A stretch of DNA of 64,000 nt from Hyphomicrobiales bacterium (lineage in GTDB: Bacteria; Pseudomonadota; Alphaproteobacteria; Rhizobiales; Beijerinckiaceae), in the NCBI GenBank assembly GCA_027489535.1, contig JAIXZO010000014.1:2060-66059 (forward strand). The letters run 5' to 3'. How positions within the stretch are numbered: position 1 is the first letter of the stretch; the number at the start of each line of letters is the position of its first letter. Made by a program: the position numbers and the translations under genes. Of the stretch, positions 55,635 to 64,000 are shown piece after piece. Under the pieces are notes generated by a model, which saw only the letters and a program-made list of their open reading frames with translations, was not told the origin of the DNA and ran no database searches.

Positions 55635-57683
55635 ATGGCCCACGGCATCATCACTCAAGAACCGGTCATTCTCGTATGCTCCTGCGAGGAGACGATGCCG
55701 CTGCATGACGGCGCGGTCGCCAAGACGTGCCGCGGAACGGTCAAGACGGCCGATCAGCTCTGCCGTGCCGAGTCCGAGCGTTTCCGCCTCGCGCTCGAAA
55801 CCGGCGCGCCCGTCACCGTCGCCTGCACGCAGGAAGAACCCCTGTTCCGCGAGATCGCCGAGGACATGGGCCGCGAGGACGGGCTGACCTTCGTCAACAT
55901 CCGCGAGACCGCGGGCTGGTCCGACCGCGCCGCCGAGGCCGGCCCGAAGACGGCGGCGCTCATCGCCGCAGCCTCGGTCTCCATGCCGCCCGTTCCCTTC
56001 GTGGCAATGGAAAGCAAGGGCGTGGCGCTCGTCTACGGGCGCGACGAGACCGCGATCGAAATCGGTCGCCGTCTGGCGGACCATCTCGACGTCACCGTTC
56101 TTCTGAGCCGCCCCGCCGACGTCGCACCGCCGCGGCGCGACGAATTCCCGGTGGTGAAGGGCACGATCCGCAATGCCGCGGGCCGGCTCGGGGCCTTCGC
56201 CCTCTCCATCGACGATTACGCACTGCCCGCCCCTTCTTCACGCGGAGCGCTGCGCTTCGGTCCCTCGCGCAACGACGCGACCTCGACCTGCGACATCGTC
56301 ATCGACGTGTCGGGCGGCGCGCCGCTGTTTCCCGCGCACGACCTGCGCGCGGGCTATCTCCGCGCCGATCCGCGCGACCGCGCCCAGGTGGAAGCGTTGC
56401 TGTTCGAGGCGTCCCATCTCGTCGGCGAGTTCGACAAGCCTCAATACGTCAATTTCACCGAAAGCCTCTGCGCGCATTCCCGCTCCAAGCGCACCGGCTG
56501 CACGCGCTGCCTCGATCTCTGCCCCACCGGCGCGATCACGCCCGCAGGCGATCACGTCGCCATCGATCCCTACATTTGCGCAGGTTGCGGTTCCTGCGCC
56601 GCCGCCTGCCCCACCGGCGCGGTCGCCTATGCGCTGCCGCCCGCCGACGCCGTGATGCGCCGCCTGCGCGCCACGATGGTCGCCTATCGCGAGGCGGGCG
56701 GCACCGATCCGGTGCTGCTCCTGCATGACGGCGACCACGGCGACGCGCTCATCGACGCCCTCGCCCGCTTCGGCCGCGGCCTGCCGCCGAACGTGCTGCC
56801 GCTGAAGGTCAACGAAGTCACTCAGATCGGGCCGGAACTCGTCGCCGCCGCCTTCGCCTACGGCGCGACCGGCTTCGGCGTGCTGACCCGCGCCAAGCCG
56901 AAGCACGACGTGCACGGCCTCGAATCGACCCTGATCCTGATGAACGACATCCTCGGCGGCCTCGGCTACGGCACGGCCGCCGCCGGAATCGTCGCCACGG
57001 ACGATCCCGACGCGCTGCGCGACCTGCTCGACGCCGCACCCCGCGGCACGCCCTCGCCCGCGCCCGCGAGCTTCATGCCGCAGGGCAAGAAGCGCGGCGT
57101 GCTCGAACTCGCCTTCCGCGAACTCCACCGCGCCGCACCCGCCGCCGTCGACATGATCCCGCTCGCAGCGGGCGCGCCCTTCGGCGGGCTGGAGATCGAC
57201 GTCGCGGGCTGCACGCTCTGCCTCTCCTGCGTTTCCGCCTGCCCGGTCTCGGCGCTGACGGACGATCCCGAACGCCCGGCTCTCCACTTCACCGAGAGCC
57301 TCTGCGTCCAGTGCGGCCTGTGCGCCAACACCTGCCCGGAAAAGGTCATCACGCTCGCCCCGCGCGTCGACTTCAAGGCGTGGGAAGAGCCCAAGCGGCT
57401 CGTCAAGACCGAGGAACCCGCGCATTGCGTGCGCTGCGCCAAGCCCTTCGGCGTCAAGAGCACCATCGACAAGGTGCGCGCCAAGCTCGAAGGCAAACAC
57501 TGGATGTTCTCGGGCGAAGGCGGCGCGAGCCGCAGCGACTTGATCATGATGTGCGACACCTGCCGCATCGAAACGGTCGTCAATGAAGGCTTCGACCCCC
57601 ACGCCGCAGGCGCCCGCCCGCGGGTGCGCACAACCGAAGACTACCTCGCCGAACGCGAGCGCGGCGAAGACCCGCTGAACTGA
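55635..57683 (+). CDS. large 4Fe-4S polyferredoxin-like protein
   Basis: 682 aa. Three canonical CxxCxxCxxxCP motifs (CAGCGSCAAACP, CTLCLSCVSACP, CVQCGLCANTCP), one atypical (CAHSRSKRTGCTRCLDLCP), an N-terminal CSCE, and C-terminal CVRC...CDTC. No TM or signal peptide. Divergent from the FDH cluster. Confidence 0.8.
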   Translation: MAHGIITQEPVILVCSCEETMPLHDGAVAKTCRGTVKTADQLCRAESERFRLALETGAPVTVACTQEEPLFREIAEDMGREDGLTFVNIRETAGWSDRAAEAGPKTAALIAAASVSMPPVPFVAMESKGVALVYGRDETAIEIGRRLADHLDVTVLLSRPADVAPPRRDEFPVVKGTIRNAAGRLGAFALSIDDYALPAPSSRGALRFGPSRNDATSTCDIVIDVSGGAPLFPAHDLRAGYLRADPRDRAQVEALLFEASHLVGEFDKPQYVNFTESLCAHSRSKRTGCTRCLDLCPTGAITPAGDHVAIDPYICAGCGSCAAACPTGAVAYALPPADAVMRRLRATMVAYREAGGTDPVLLLHDGDHGDALIDALARFGRGLPPNVLPLKVNEVTQIGPELVAAAFAYGATGFGVLTRAKPKHDVHGLESTLILMNDILGGLGYGTAAAGIVATDDPDALRDLLDAAPRGTPSPAPASFMPQGKKRGVLELAFRELHRAAPAAVDMIPLAAGAPFGGLEIDVAGCTLCLSCVSACPVSALTDDPERPALHFTESLCVQCGLCANTCPEKVITLAPRVDFKAWEEPKRLVKTEEPAHCVRCAKPFGVKSTIDKVRAKLEGKHWMFSGEGGASRSDLIMMCDTCRIETVVNEGFDPHAAGARPRVRTTEDYLAERERGEDPLN

Positions 57684-57700
57684 CGGCGGACGGCCGGAGT

Positions 57701-57798
57701 GTGTCATCCCGGGCGGCGCAAGCCGACCCGGGACCCAGACTTGAGGGTGCCGTGGAACGAGCCTGGGTCCCGGGTGCGCTTCGCGCCCCGGGATGACA
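57701..57798. repeat. Family A repeat, copy A5
   Basis: gtgtcatcccgggcggcgcaagccgacccgggacccag ... cctgggtcccgggtgcgcttcgcgccccgggatgaca. Confidence 0.85.
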
Positions 57799-57832
57799 TG
57801 AAGGGCAGCCCGGCGTCAGCCCCGGACGAAAT

Positions 57833-58654
57833 TCATCCCGCCACCGCGGCATGCATTGCGGCGGCCGCTTCGAAGTCCTTGTGGCGCAGGGCGCGGCGTA
57901 CCAGCGCCTCTTCATCTTCGCCCCAGACTTCCATCTGAAAATCTTCGTCCAGATGCGCCGCGGCCCAAGCCTCGGCGGGAGCCAAGCGGCCCTGCGCGAC
58001 GGCGAGCGCAAGCACGACGGAACCCGTCAGCGTCGTGATCACGTGCAGCGACGCCAGCGCGAGCGGCGACGCGATCTTCGCCACCTCGTCGCGCACCGCG
58101 GCGAGCGTGCGCTCCGGCTGCGCCTGAAACATCACCCCCTCGGCCAGCACGAAGCGCGCGCCGAAGCGCTCATGCATCCAGTCCAGCACCGGGTTCCAAT
58201 TTTCGATCTGCCGCGCCACGAGCCGCTCGGGATCGGCGGCGCGGTAGCACAGCAGGTCCGAACCGGCATATTTCACGAGGTCGGCCGCCACCGCCTCCAT
58301 CTCCTTCGCCACCCCGTCGAGCGCGGAATTGACGATGCGCGTCACCGGCATCACAGAGGGGTCGACCACCTCGCCCAGCCCGCGCCATTCCTGCGCGACC
58401 ATCTCGGCCGCCGCCGGCGTCGGCAGCGCGACGAGCGTCTTGGCCGGGGTGCGCAGAGGTCGCCCGTCGAGAAGCACGACGAACCCTTCCGGGCGCGCCT
58501 CTATCGCGACGTCCTTCCAAAAGCGCTTCGGAAAGGACTTCTGCATGTCGCGCCGTGCGAGTGCGTGCGGGTCCACGACCTGCGGAGCGTCCGGCTCGGC
58601 CGCCATGCGGAGAATGTCGTTCAGGATCGAAGATTTGGACGAACCGTCGCTCAT
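57833..58654 (-). CDS. ATP12-family F1-ATPase assembly chaperone homologue
   Basis: Starts MSDGSSKSS (58654) within track ORF 57833..59071. Contains RFWKDV ... LLDGRPLRTPAK ... LLCYRA ... the ATP12 pattern. Confidence 0.75.
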   Translation of the reverse strand: MSDGSSKSSILNDILRMAAEPDAPQVVDPHALARRDMQKSFPKRFWKDVAIEARPEGFVVLLDGRPLRTPAKTLVALPTPAAAEMVAQEWRGLGEVVDPSVMPVTRIVNSALDGVAKEMEAVAADLVKYAGSDLLCYRAADPERLVARQIENWNPVLDWMHERFGARFVLAEGVMFQAQPERTLAAVRDEVAKIASPLALASLHVITTLTGSVVLALAVAQGRLAPAEAWAAAHLDEDFQMEVWGEDEEALVRRALRHKDFEAAAAMHAAVAG

Positions 58655-58712
58655 GGCCGGGCCTCCGAAGTCATGGGGAAGAAAAACGCGGGACCGAGAA
58701 GACGGTCGCGCG

Positions 58713-59387
58713 TCACGCCGAACGCATCGCGGATGCGGAGCGTCGTGGACCGAGCAATGCGTCCAATTCGCCGAAATGCGAGAGGATCCGCTCGGCGCCC
58801 GCCGCCGCCAACGCCTCGGCGGGATGATAGCCCCAAGCCACGCCGATCGCACGCACCCCCGCAGCGCGGGCCATCTCGACGTCGAAGGTCGTGTCTCCGA
58901 CGAGGATCGTCTCCTCCGGTGTCGCACCCACCTCAGCCATCGCGCCGAACACCATCGACGGGTGCGGCTTCGAGGGATGTCCGTCGGCGGTCTGGATCGT
59001 CGCGAACAGACTATGCCAGCCGTGCTGTTCGATGACCCGGTCGATGCCGCGCCGCGACTTCCCGGATGCAATGCCGAGCATCAGATCGTCGCGCGCGGCC
59101 AGACGCGGCAAGCCGTGGAACACGCCGGGAAACAGCGGCTCGTCATGGTCGGGGTCGGCCAGCACGCGGTTGAACACGCGCTTGTAGGTCGCCACCATCT
59201 CCTCGACGGGGCCGTCGACGCCCACCAGCCGCTCGAAGGTCGGCACCAGCGAGATGCCCACCAGCGACAGGACCGTTTCCAGCGCGGGCGGGCGCATGCC
59301 GTGCTCGGCGAAGGTCGCGACCTGTGCGGCATAAATCAGCGCCTGACTGTCGATCAGCGTGCCGTCGACGTCGAAGATCACCAGCAC
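58713..59387 (-). CDS. HAD-superfamily hydrolase (phosphoglycolate phosphatase-like)
   Basis: MLVIFDVDGTLIDS motif I, SGKS motif II, and GDTTFD motif IV. Confidence 0.85.
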   Translation of the reverse strand: MLVIFDVDGTLIDSQALIYAAQVATFAEHGMRPPALETVLSLVGISLVPTFERLVGVDGPVEEMVATYKRVFNRVLADPDHDEPLFPGVFHGLPRLAARDDLMLGIASGKSRRGIDRVIEQHGWHSLFATIQTADGHPSKPHPSMVFGAMAEVGATPEETILVGDTTFDVEMARAAGVRAIGVAWGYHPAEALAAAGAERILSHFGELDALLGPRRSASAMRSA

Positions 59388-59391
59388 CAGC

Positions 59392-60714
59392 TCAAGCCTC
59401 CGGGGATTCTTCGATGGGGTCGTAGCGTGCGGTCTCGAAGCCGAGCAGGTTCCAGCTCTGCTGCATGTGCGGCGGCAGCGGGGCGGTCACGTCGATCAGC
59501 TTGCCCGTGCGCGGATGCGGAATGACGATCCGCCGCGCGACGAGGTGCAGCCGGTTCTGGATGCCGCCGGGCAGTTCCCAATTCTCGATCTCGAAATATT
59601 TCGGATCGCCGATGATCGGATGGCCGATATGGGCCGCATGCGCACGCAGCTGATGCGTGCGGCCCGTCACCGGCTTCAGCGACAGCCAAGCCAACTTCTG
59701 CGCGGCGGTTTCGACGACGGCGTAATAGGTCACGGCATGGCTCGCGCCGTCGTCGCCGTGCTTGGCCACCTGCATCTTGGCGTCGCCCTCCTCGTCCTCG
59801 CCCTTGGCGAGATAGGTGGAGACGCGGCCTTGCTTGACGCGCGGCACGCCGGCGACCAAGGCCCAATATATCTTGCGCGTGTCGCGGGAGCGGAAACTCT
59901 TGGCGAGGCCGGCGGCGGCGAAGCGCGTCTTGGCGATCACCAGACAGCCGGAGGTGTCCTTGTCGAGCCGGTGCACGAGGCGCGGCTTCTGGCCCTGACG
60001 GTCCGTCAGCGCCGCCAGCAGCCCGTCGACATGGCGCTTCATGCCCGGGCCGCCCTGCACGGCGAGGCCCATCGGCTTGTCGATCACCATCACGTCGTCG
60101 TCTTCATAAAGCGTGATCGACTTGAAGAACTTGCGCGTTTCGTCGTCCTGATCCGGAGCGCGGGTCGAAGGCTTCGGATCGTCCAGGTTGAGCGGCGGAA
60201 TGCGGACCGACTGCCCCTCTTCCAGCCGATCCTTCGTCTCGACGCGACGCCCGTTCACGCGCAATTCGCCTTTACGGACGATGCGCTGAATATGGCTGAA
60301 CGACAGCCCGGGATAGCGCGCCTCCAAAAAGCGGTCGACGCGCATGCCCGCCTCGTCCGGCGTCACCGTGGCCGTCTGCACCGCCACGCTCGCGGCCATC
60401 GCTTCGGGAGACGGGCGCTTGGGCTCGGTCCGCTCGGCGGCGCGAGCTTCCGCGGCGCGATCCTCATAATCGATTTCGCGCGGCCGCGCGGCCGCCGGGC
60501 GCTTGCGTTCGGCCACGCGCGCCGTTGCGGAAACGTCGGGCCGGAACCGCGAGGGCGCGGCGCGCTTCGCACCGGGCTTCGGCGCGGCGTTCGGGCCGGA
60601 CCGCGGCCCCATGCCCGGCTTGACGCGTCCCGCGCGACCGCCCGTGCGCGGGCCGCCCGCTCCGGCGCGCCCTGCGCCGGGGCTCTTCGATCCGCCGTTG
60701 CCGGACTTCTTCAT
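59392..60714 (-). CDS. RluA-family 23S rRNA pseudouridine synthase (RluC/D-like) with basic N-terminal extension
   Basis: S4 domain (MRVDRFL), catalytic HRLDKDTSGCLV, and a ~120-aa G/R/K/P-rich N-terminus. Confidence 0.88.
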   Translation of the reverse strand: MKKSGNGGSKSPGAGRAGAGGPRTGGRAGRVKPGMGPRSGPNAAPKPGAKRAAPSRFRPDVSATARVAERKRPAAARPREIDYEDRAAEARAAERTEPKRPSPEAMAASVAVQTATVTPDEAGMRVDRFLEARYPGLSFSHIQRIVRKGELRVNGRRVETKDRLEEGQSVRIPPLNLDDPKPSTRAPDQDDETRKFFKSITLYEDDDVMVIDKPMGLAVQGGPGMKRHVDGLLAALTDRQGQKPRLVHRLDKDTSGCLVIAKTRFAAAGLAKSFRSRDTRKIYWALVAGVPRVKQGRVSTYLAKGEDEEGDAKMQVAKHGDDGASHAVTYYAVVETAAQKLAWLSLKPVTGRTHQLRAHAAHIGHPIIGDPKYFEIENWELPGGIQNRLHLVARRIVIPHPRTGKLIDVTAPLPPHMQQSWNLLGFETARYDPIEESPEA

Positions 60715-60962
60715 GCTTCGTCCTCACGGCGGCGAGCCTAGCGACCACGGGTCACGATCAAGCCGCTCCTGTCATTTTGCGGTCCCGACGAGCCGAGCCG
60801 AAGTTCAGGCTTCGGGACGGTCGCCCGCTCGGGATACCCGCAAGCAATGTCCGCTCTCGTCAAGCCGGAAGGCGTTAGCATCGCAAGCCCGAAACGTCGA
60901 GCGCAGAAGCATGGAAACGCCGGATTCGCCCTTCAAGGCCGCTCGAAACGCGCGGATCGCGC

Positions 60963-61346
60963 TCAGCCGAGCGCCCGGACGACCGCGAGCCCGGCGACGA
61001 GTGCCGCGACCGACGCGATCACCGACCCGGCCGCATAGGCCGCCGCCAGAGCGGGCTGCCCGCGCTCCCACAGCAGCACCGCATCGAGCGAGAACGCGGA
61101 AAAGGTGGTGAAACCGCCGAGAATTCCTGTCGTCAGGAACAGCCGCAGCGGCTGCGACCAACTCTCCCCGGCCCTGAATGCGAGCCAAGCGGCCAGCGCA
61201 CCCATGACGAAGGAGCCGACCACGTTCACCGTGAGGGTCCCCCACGGAAACGCCGTTCCGCACGCGCGCGCGCAACCGACATTCACCAGATGCCGCAGCG
61301 CCGCACCGATGCCGCCGCCGAAAAATACGATCAGAACCGCCTGCAT
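60963..61346 (-). CDS. crcB: fluoride efflux channel CrcB/FluC
   Basis: 127 aa with four TM segments and GGGIGAALR ... GTLTVNVVGSF ... GFTTFSAFS motifs. Confidence 0.9.
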   Translation of the reverse strand: MQAVLIVFFGGGIGAALRHLVNVGCARACGTAFPWGTLTVNVVGSFVMGALAAWLAFRAGESWSQPLRLFLTTGILGGFTTFSAFSLDAVLLWERGQPALAAAYAAGSVIASVAALVAGLAVVRALG

Positions 61347-61405
61347 CGATGCCTCGCCCCTCGGCCGCAGGCGTTACCATTTCAGCAATGTCCGGTCGAG
61401 CGGCA

Positions 61406-61530
61406 CCGTGGTTCGAGAAGCTCCTGCAGGGCTCCTCACCCCGAGGGCTTGGGCCACACAAACCTGCAGTCCCCGGCCGACATGGAAAACTCATGGTGAG
61501 GAGGCGCGACGCGCCGCCTCGAACCACCGG
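61406..61530. repeat. Family B repeat fragments: degenerate right arm (61406-61447) and left arm (61488-61530)
   Basis: ccgtggttcgagaagctcctgcagggctcctcaccccgaggg ... aactcatggtgaggaggcgcgacgcgccgcctcgaaccaccgg. Confidence 0.65.
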
Positions 61531-61534
61531 CTCG

Positions 61535-62845
61535 TTACCCCTCGCCGCGCTCCGCGCGGAGCTTCGCCCACCAGTCCAAGCGCTTCTTGATGTCGCGCTC
61601 GAAACCGCGCTCCGGCGGGTCGTAGAAGCGCCGGCGGCCGAGGGCTTCGGGGAAGTAATTCTGGCCGGAAAAGGCATCGGGTTCGTCGTGGTCGTAGCGA
61701 TACCCCGTGCCGTAGCCTTCCTGCTTCATCAGCTTGGTGGGCGCGTTGAGGATGGTCTTCGGCGGAACGAGCGATCCGCCCTCCTTGGCCGTGCGGAGAG
61801 CGGCTTTCCATGCGGTATAGACAGCGTTGGATTTCGGTGCGGTGGCGAGATAGACGGCGGCTTCGGCCAACGCCAATTCGCCTTCCGGACTGCCGAGAAA
61901 GTCGAACGCATCCTTCGCCGCATTGGCGACGACGAGCGCCTGCGGATCGGCGAGGCCGATGTCTTCGCTCGCCATGCGCACCAGGCGGCGCGCCAGAAAC
62001 AGCGGGGTCTCGCCCGCGTCGATCATGCGCGCCAGCCAATACAGAGCCGCATCGGGATCGGACCCGCGGATGGATTTATGCAGCGCGGAGATGAGGTTGT
62101 AATGCCCGTCCTCGCTCTTGTCGTAGATCGGCGCGCGCCGCTGCACGATCTCGACCAGACCCGCAGTGTCGAAAATTTCGCCGGGTTTCGCGGAGCGCCA
62201 GACTTCCTCCGCCAATGTCAGCGACGCACGCCCGTCCCCGTCCGCCATTCCCGCCAGCGCGATCCGCGCATCCGCGTCGAGCGGCAACGGCCGGCCTTCT
62301 ACGGCCTCCGCGCGTTCGAACAGCTTCAGCACGTCCTCCTCCTCCAGCGCGCGGAAGGTCAGCACGCGGGCCCGCGACAGCAGCGCGGCGTTGAGCTCGA
62401 AGGACGGGTTTTCGGTCGTCGCGCCGACCAGCGTCACCGTCCCGTCTTCCATCACCGGCAGAAAGGCGTCCTGCTGGGCGCGGTTGAAGCGGTGGATCTC
62501 GTCGACGAAGAGCAGCGTGCCCTGTCCGGTCGCGCGCCGCCCCCGAGCGGCCTCGAAAACCTTTTTGAGGTCCGCGACGCCGGTGAAGATGGCCGAAATC
62601 GGCTCGAAATGCAGCGTCGTCTCGCCCGCCAGCAACCGCGCGACCGTGGTCTTGCCGGTGCCGGGCGGGCCCCAGAACACCAGCGACCCGAGCGAGCCGG
62701 ACGCGACGAGCCTCGTCAAAGCCCCGTCCGGCCCGACGAGATGGTCCTGCCCTACCACGTCTTCGAGCTTTTGCGGGCGCAGCCGGTCGGCCAGCGGGCG
62801 CGGCGCGTCCTTTTCCATTCCGGCGGCCGCGAACAGGTTCGACAT
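61535..62845 (-). CDS. rarA: replication-associated recombination protein A (AAA+ ATPase RarA/MgsA)
   Basis: Walker A GPPGTGKTT and Walker B LFVDEIHRFN. Start MSNLFAAAG (62845) lies 2 nt after the degP stop. Confidence 0.92.
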   Translation of the reverse strand: MSNLFAAAGMEKDAPRPLADRLRPQKLEDVVGQDHLVGPDGALTRLVASGSLGSLVFWGPPGTGKTTVARLLAGETTLHFEPISAIFTGVADLKKVFEAARGRRATGQGTLLFVDEIHRFNRAQQDAFLPVMEDGTVTLVGATTENPSFELNAALLSRARVLTFRALEEEDVLKLFERAEAVEGRPLPLDADARIALAGMADGDGRASLTLAEEVWRSAKPGEIFDTAGLVEIVQRRAPIYDKSEDGHYNLISALHKSIRGSDPDAALYWLARMIDAGETPLFLARRLVRMASEDIGLADPQALVVANAAKDAFDFLGSPEGELALAEAAVYLATAPKSNAVYTAWKAALRTAKEGGSLVPPKTILNAPTKLMKQEGYGTGYRYDHDEPDAFSGQNYFPEALGRRRFYDPPERGFERDIKKRLDWWAKLRAERGEG

Positions 62846-62847
62846 GA

Positions 62848-64000
62848 TCAGCCGCCCACCACCGTGGTCACGATCTGCCCGCCGCGCGCGATGGTGAGTT
62901 TCCAATAATAGTTGCGGGGTTTGGCGAGCTTCTCGAGATCGCGCGAGGTGGCGACGCGCTCGCCGTCGACCATCACGATCACGTCGCCGCGCTGCAGGCC
63001 CAGTTCGGCCGCGTTCGAGCGCTCGGCGACGTTCGTCACCACCACGCCCTCTGTATTCAATTCCATCGACAATTCATCCGCCAAGGCCGGCGACAGATTG
63101 GCGACGGTGAGGCCCGACAGGGCATGGCGACCGCGCAGCGTCACCGGATCGCGCGGCCGCGTCTCGGGCGGCGGCACGAGACGGATGGTCGCGCTCTGCG
63201 TCTTCGCCCCGCGCCGGAAATCGATGCGCGCCTGCCCGCCCACCGCCAAGGTCGCGAGCCGGAACCCGAATGCGTCGGGGCTTTCCACCTGCCGGCCGTC
63301 GAGCGCCACGATGACGTCGCCCTGCTTGAGACCCGCTTCCGCGGCGGGGCCGCGCTCCGCCACGGACACGACGAGCGCGCCCGTCGGACGTTCGAGACCG
63401 AGACTCTCGACCAACTCCGGCGTCACTTCCTGCAGCCGCGCGCCGAACCACGGCCGCTTCACCATTGCGTTGCCGCCCTTCGCCGAGGCGAGCACGACGC
63501 GCACCATCGTGCTGGGAATGGCGAAACCGATGCCGTGGCTGCCGCCCGACTGCGAGAATATCGCCGTATTGATCCCCACCAGCCGACCGAACGTATCGAC
63601 GAGCGCACCGCCCGAATTGCCCGGATTGATCGCCGCGTCGGTCTGAATGAAGAACTGGTAGTCGGTGATGCCGACCTGGGTGCGCGCCAGCGCGGAGACG
63701 ATGCCCTGCGTCACCGTTTGGCCCACGCCGAACGGATTGCCGACCGCCATGACGAAATCGCCGACCTCCAGCGCGTCGGGATCGCCCATCTCGACCGCCG
63801 TGAAGGGCCCCTGCCCCTTGATGCGCAGGATCGCGAGATCGGTGCGCGGATCGCGCAGCACCACCTCGGCCTCGAACTCCCGCCGGTCCGTCAGCGCGAC
63901 CTTCACCTCGGTCATGTTCTCGACGACGTGATTGTTGGTCACCACCAGTCCGGTCTGGTCGACGATGACGCCCGAGCCCGCCGAGCGCTGGACTCGATCT
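62848..64000 (-). CDS. DegP/HtrA (Do-family) periplasmic serine endoprotease, 5' end beyond the window
   Basis: GSGVIVDQTGLVVTNNHVV (His), DLAILRI (Asp), TDAAINPGNSGGAL (Ser), and two PDZ-like regions. The frame remains open to nt 64000. Confidence 0.92.
   Translation of the reverse strand, partial: DRVQRSAGSGVIVDQTGLVVTNNHVVENMTEVKVALTDRREFEAEVVLRDPRTDLAILRIKGQGPFTAVEMGDPDALEVGDFVMAVGNPFGVGQTVTQGIVSALARTQVGITDYQFFIQTDAAINPGNSGGALVDTFGRLVGINTAIFSQSGGSHGIGFAIPSTMVRVVLASAKGGNAMVKRPWFGARLQEVTPELVESLGLERPTGALVVSVAERGPAAEAGLKQGDVIVALDGRQVESPDAFGFRLATLAVGGQARIDFRRGAKTQSATIRLVPPPETRPRDPVTLRGRHALSGLTVANLSPALADELSMELNTEGVVVTNVAERSNAAELGLQRGDVIVMVDGERVATSRDLEKLAKPRNYYWKLTIARGGQIVTTVVGG

Noticed and set aside
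61347-61534. Fluoride (crcB motif) riboswitch upstream of crcB
   Set aside because: The minus-strand leader lacks the GGnGAUGG...AACCGCC...CUGAUGAUGCCU core. The region is instead occupied by family B repeat fragments.

Overview
Very GC-rich chromosomal segment with strong GC3 bias in the real genes, so the six-frame track is full of spurious antisense ORFs. Gene content and regulatory motifs fit an alphaproteobacterium of the Hyphomicrobiales/Rhizobiales type: suf operon layout, NDUFA12 and ATP12 homologues, an Irr/ICE-like box and a CtrA-like box. I call about 51 protein genes. I found no rRNA, tRNA, CRISPR array, transposase, integrase or recognisable defence genes. Left to right the window holds: a 5'-truncated hypothetical, PBP1A, prfB (with its +1 frameshift), moeA, mobA-fdhD, a cell-wall amidase, RNase E, an aminotransferase, an M48 protease, a DsbA-like protein, accB-accC, aat, DUF2155-like, NDUFA12-like, class II RNR nrdJ, a hydrolase, an RhlE-type helicase, and a complete suf operon (nifS-like, sufBCDS, DUF59, sufA). 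It continues with a hydrolase, anmK, tyrS, a 1147-aa YhdP/AsmA-like protein, bcp, an M23 peptidase, mobB, a Tat-exported Cys-type formate dehydrogenase operon, a divergent polyferredoxin, ATP12-like, a HAD hydrolase, a pseudouridine synthase, crcB, rarA and the 3' part of degP/htrA. The most interesting locus is 46.2-57.7 kb. There the FDH structural genes are preceded on the same strand by five translationally coupled genes of unknown function (a degenerate BPL/LplA-like protein plus four DUF-type proteins) and a Cro/YdaS-HTH::TorD fusion. They face a divergent 682-aa polyferredoxin. Intergenic space is colonised by three families of nested-palindrome repeats (A, B, C); one copy supplies the stop codon of a gene. 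Candidate operators: an ICE/Irr box between the suf operon and a hydrolase gene, a DnaA box plus tandem NrdR-like boxes upstream of nrdJ, and a CtrA box upstream of the M23 peptidase. All family and DUF names come from motif recognition and memory, not searches, and need HMM or BLAST confirmation. CDS coordinates include the stop codon.
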